This document shows, piece by piece, positions 30,228 to 32,000 of a stretch of DNA of 32,000 nucleotides. Both the position numbers and the translations under genes were made by a program. The DNA is taken from positions 420,001 to 452,000 of the forward strand of contig NC_006833.1 of assembly GCF_000008385.1 (NCBI RefSeq), written 5' to 3'. The stretch's first letter is position 1. Every line of letters begins with the position of its first letter. The notes beneath the pieces were generated by a model. The model saw only the letters and a list, made by a program, of their open reading frames with translations, searched no databases and was not told the origin of the DNA. The stretch comes from Wolbachia endosymbiont strain TRS of Brugia malayi. GTDB taxonomy: Bacteria > Pseudomonadota > Alphaproteobacteria > Rickettsiales > Anaplasmataceae.

Positions 30228-31394
30228 TTAATGTAATGTATTTTTTAAAAGCAACAAATAGATAGTAAAAATAAGTTCTAACACTACCGCAGAAAGAACA
30301 AGGAGAGATACACTGATTGCCTGACCATTGTAAACGTAGCTTGTTAAACCGATAAAAATAGCTATGATAAAAGACCTGATAAACGAAACTGCAGAAGAAG
30401 CTGTACCTTTGATATCAGGGAAAATATTCAATGATGCATTGAAGATGACTGGCTGGCAAATTGCACAACCAACCACGAAAATAATCATAGACAGTGTTAC
30501 TAAGCAAGACAAATGGGGCATAGTTAAACTGAATATTACAAGCGATAGAGACCCTATGATAATCATGCCTGTACCAGAAATTACACATCTTATTGCCCCA
30601 AGTTTCTGCAAAATTTTGCCAGTAAATAGACTGACAAGTGAGAAACATCCAACTATTGCACCTTGATGCAGCGCGTAAATAGTGCTAGATAAACCAAAAG
30701 TTTTCATATATAAAAAAGGTCCACAAGTGATGAACGACATATAAGCAGCAGAAAAAAAGCTTGGTACCAAAGACAACGCCATAAATTTTGAACTCGATAA
30801 TAACTTTCTATAATCTTTCATCATTTTTTTCAAATTGAAAATATCGCGGTCCTTTTTTGTTTCCGGTAACGCTAAAAGCAGTAAAATCCAAGAGATCAAA
30901 CAAATTATTGCAACACTTGCATAATTGCCACGCCACCCAATAATTCCATTAATAAAACTACCTAAGACTGGTGCAATTGCCATGACAACTGTGAGAACAG
31001 AATTCATGATTCCAATAAATTTTATAGCTTTGTTTCCTTGATAACTATCTGCAATAATTGTAAATACAACTACAGATGTGCTAACACCAATACCTTGAAT
31101 AAAGCGGGAGGTTAAAAGCCAAAAAACTGACGGTGCAAAAACACAACCAATAGCGCCAATTAACAGTAAAGTATTACCTATGATCATAATTTTCCTTCTG
31201 CCATAACATTCAGATAACGGACCAAAAAATAGCCCTCCTATACAAAGGCCCAGGAAATTATAAGCAATAGTTAACTGAATTGTACCTTCCAATATATTGA
31301 AATAGCGTGCTATATCTGGAAAGCCAGGTACAGAAATATCAATTTCAATGAATTGGGCAATCAGAGATAGAATCAACAGAAAGGGTAGTAACAT
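30228..31394 (-). CDS. MFS transporter, Bcr/CflA-like drug-resistance subfamily
   Basis: 388-aa ORF with about 12 hydrophobic helices and an MFS loop motif (GPLSECYGRRKIMIIG). Confidence 0.85.
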   Translation of the reverse strand: MLLPFLLILSLIAQFIEIDISVPGFPDIARYFNILEGTIQLTIAYNFLGLCIGGLFFGPLSECYGRRKIMIIGNTLLLIGAIGCVFAPSVFWLLTSRFIQGIGVSTSVVVFTIIADSYQGNKAIKFIGIMNSVLTVVMAIAPVLGSFINGIIGWRGNYASVAIICLISWILLLLALPETKKDRDIFNLKKMMKDYRKLLSSSKFMALSLVPSFFSAAYMSFITCGPFLYMKTFGLSSTIYALHQGAIVGCFSLVSLFTGKILQKLGAIRCVISGTGMIIIGSLSLVIFSLTMPHLSCLVTLSMIIFVVGCAICQPVIFNASLNIFPDIKGTASSAVSFIRSFIIAIFIGLTSYVYNGQAISVSLLVLSAVVLELIFTIYLLLLKNTLH

Positions 31395-31576
31395 TTAAAA
31401 TTTCTAATTAATGGATAAAGGTAGCACATTTAAAGAGCTTAGCAAAGAACACTTTTATTATTACAAAAATGGCCCCCATTTTAAAATACTCTACATATTA
31501 CAAAAAGAAGTTTACATTAGATCTCTTGCATAACAAGCTAGCAGCGATATATAAACCTCAGGAACGAAAAAATTAC

Positions 31577-31605
31577 TTGACAAGCCCCGTCAGTCTCTTT
31601 ATCAT
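31577..31605 (+). promoter_or_regulatory. sigma70-type promoter candidate (orphan)
   Basis: TTGACA (31577-31582), an exact 17-nt spacer, then TATCAT (31600-31605). No protein-coding gene follows. A 6-bp hairpin (TAACCT GGGT AGGTTA, 31635-31650) lies about 30 nt downstream. Confidence 0.35.
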
Positions 31606-31903
31606 GTACAGTAAGGTTGTTTTATATAACTTCCTAACCTGGGTAGGTTAAAACGGCAAGAAAGTTTTGTATTTGATGTACTGTTATTTAAATTTTTACA
31701 CTTGTACACCTTATGTCTTTATAAAACTAGGTTTTTACCTATAAAGCGTTTAAGGCTAAAAAACACCAAATATAGAAAATAGATAGTAATTAGGGCTTTT
31801 TTACCTTTTTCCCTATTTTAGTAAGTTTTTTAAATATTTGTAGCTAAGGATTTATATCAAACCTAAAATATAAGTTTTTAGTTATGAAAAGCAAAGTTTT
31901 TAT

Positions 31904-32000
31904 AAGATTGACCTCACAGAAAGAAAAAGAGGAGGGAAAGTTAGGCTATTTTGAAATAAAATGAAACGCCTGTTTGCAAGGGTTGAGATAGAGGGAACAC
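31904..32000 (+). ncRNA. rnpB: candidate 5' portion of RNase P RNA (truncated by window end); weak
   Basis: Three blocks occur in the same order as in E. coli M1 RNA:
- AAGATTGACCTCACAG versus GAAGCUGACCAGACAG;
- GAGGAGGGAAAGTTAGGCTAT versus GAGGGGAGGAAAGUCCGGGCUCCAU (CR-I);
- AACGCCTG versus AACGCCUG.

Local GC also rises in this stretch.

Caveats: the near-universal GUCC reads GUUA, P3 would be only about 4 bp, and an ATG at 31961 (MKRLFARVEIEGT) offers a coding alternative. Confidence 0.35.

Noticed and set aside
31469-31651. 60-aa plus-strand ORF MAPILKYSTYYKKKF...
   Set aside because: No SD and a low-complexity translation. It spans the promoter-like element and hairpin, so it is most likely non-coding.
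1-32000. Search for CRISPR arrays, tandem repeats, IS elements with terminal inverted repeats, tRNA or rRNA genes, and intact defence or secretion operons.
   Set aside because: Reading both strands, I found no regularly spaced direct repeats, no transposase-like ORF, no cloverleaf candidates and no multi-gene accessory cluster with intact ORFs.

Overview
AT-rich, gene-dense window that looks like a reduced alphaproteobacterial endosymbiont. GroEL, EF-Tu and the ribosomal proteins read like Wolbachia/Anaplasmataceae to me, but that is recognition from memory and not verified.

**Layout**
- 1-14941: one uninterrupted minus-strand block of 26 genes, rpsL-rpsG-fusA-tuf-rpsJ-rplCDWB-rpsS-rplV-rpsC-rplP-rpmC-rpsQ-rplNXE-rpsNH-rplFR-rpsE-rplO-secY-adk. 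Intergenic gaps are tiny or overlapping, and there is no rpmD.
- 14942-18091: a tract of about 3.1 kb with no intact gene. It holds a frameshifted phage/GTA-type gp6-like head-tail connector gene and other broken minus-strand frames.
- 18092-21849: ygfZ-like folate-binding protein, groES-groEL (sigma32-like promoter, clear terminator), and a secreted DsbD-N-like domain protein.
- 21850-23900: a heavily decayed phage/GTA-type terminase large-subunit pseudogene and a short palindromic repeat.
- 23923-25095: an intact porin-like beta-barrel OMP.
- 25100-26900: decayed small genes, including a possible Phd/YefM-like antitoxin remnant, a membrane protein broken by a frameshift and a stop, and a half copy of the repeat.
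- 26963-31394: dut, a divergent argB-like kinase, engB, prfA and an MFS (Bcr/CflA-like) transporter.
- Last ~100 nt: a weak resemblance to the 5' part of RNase P RNA.

**Overall judgement**
I do not see an intact, novel multi-gene system. The accessory DNA here is a pseudogene graveyard. The points most worth a second look are:
- the scattered, decayed phage/GTA head-module remnants;
- the codon usage of tuf, which differs sharply from its same-strand operon neighbours;
- the argB-like gene with a degenerate glycine loop;
- the short repeat family.

No tRNA, rRNA, CRISPR array or intact mobile element was found.
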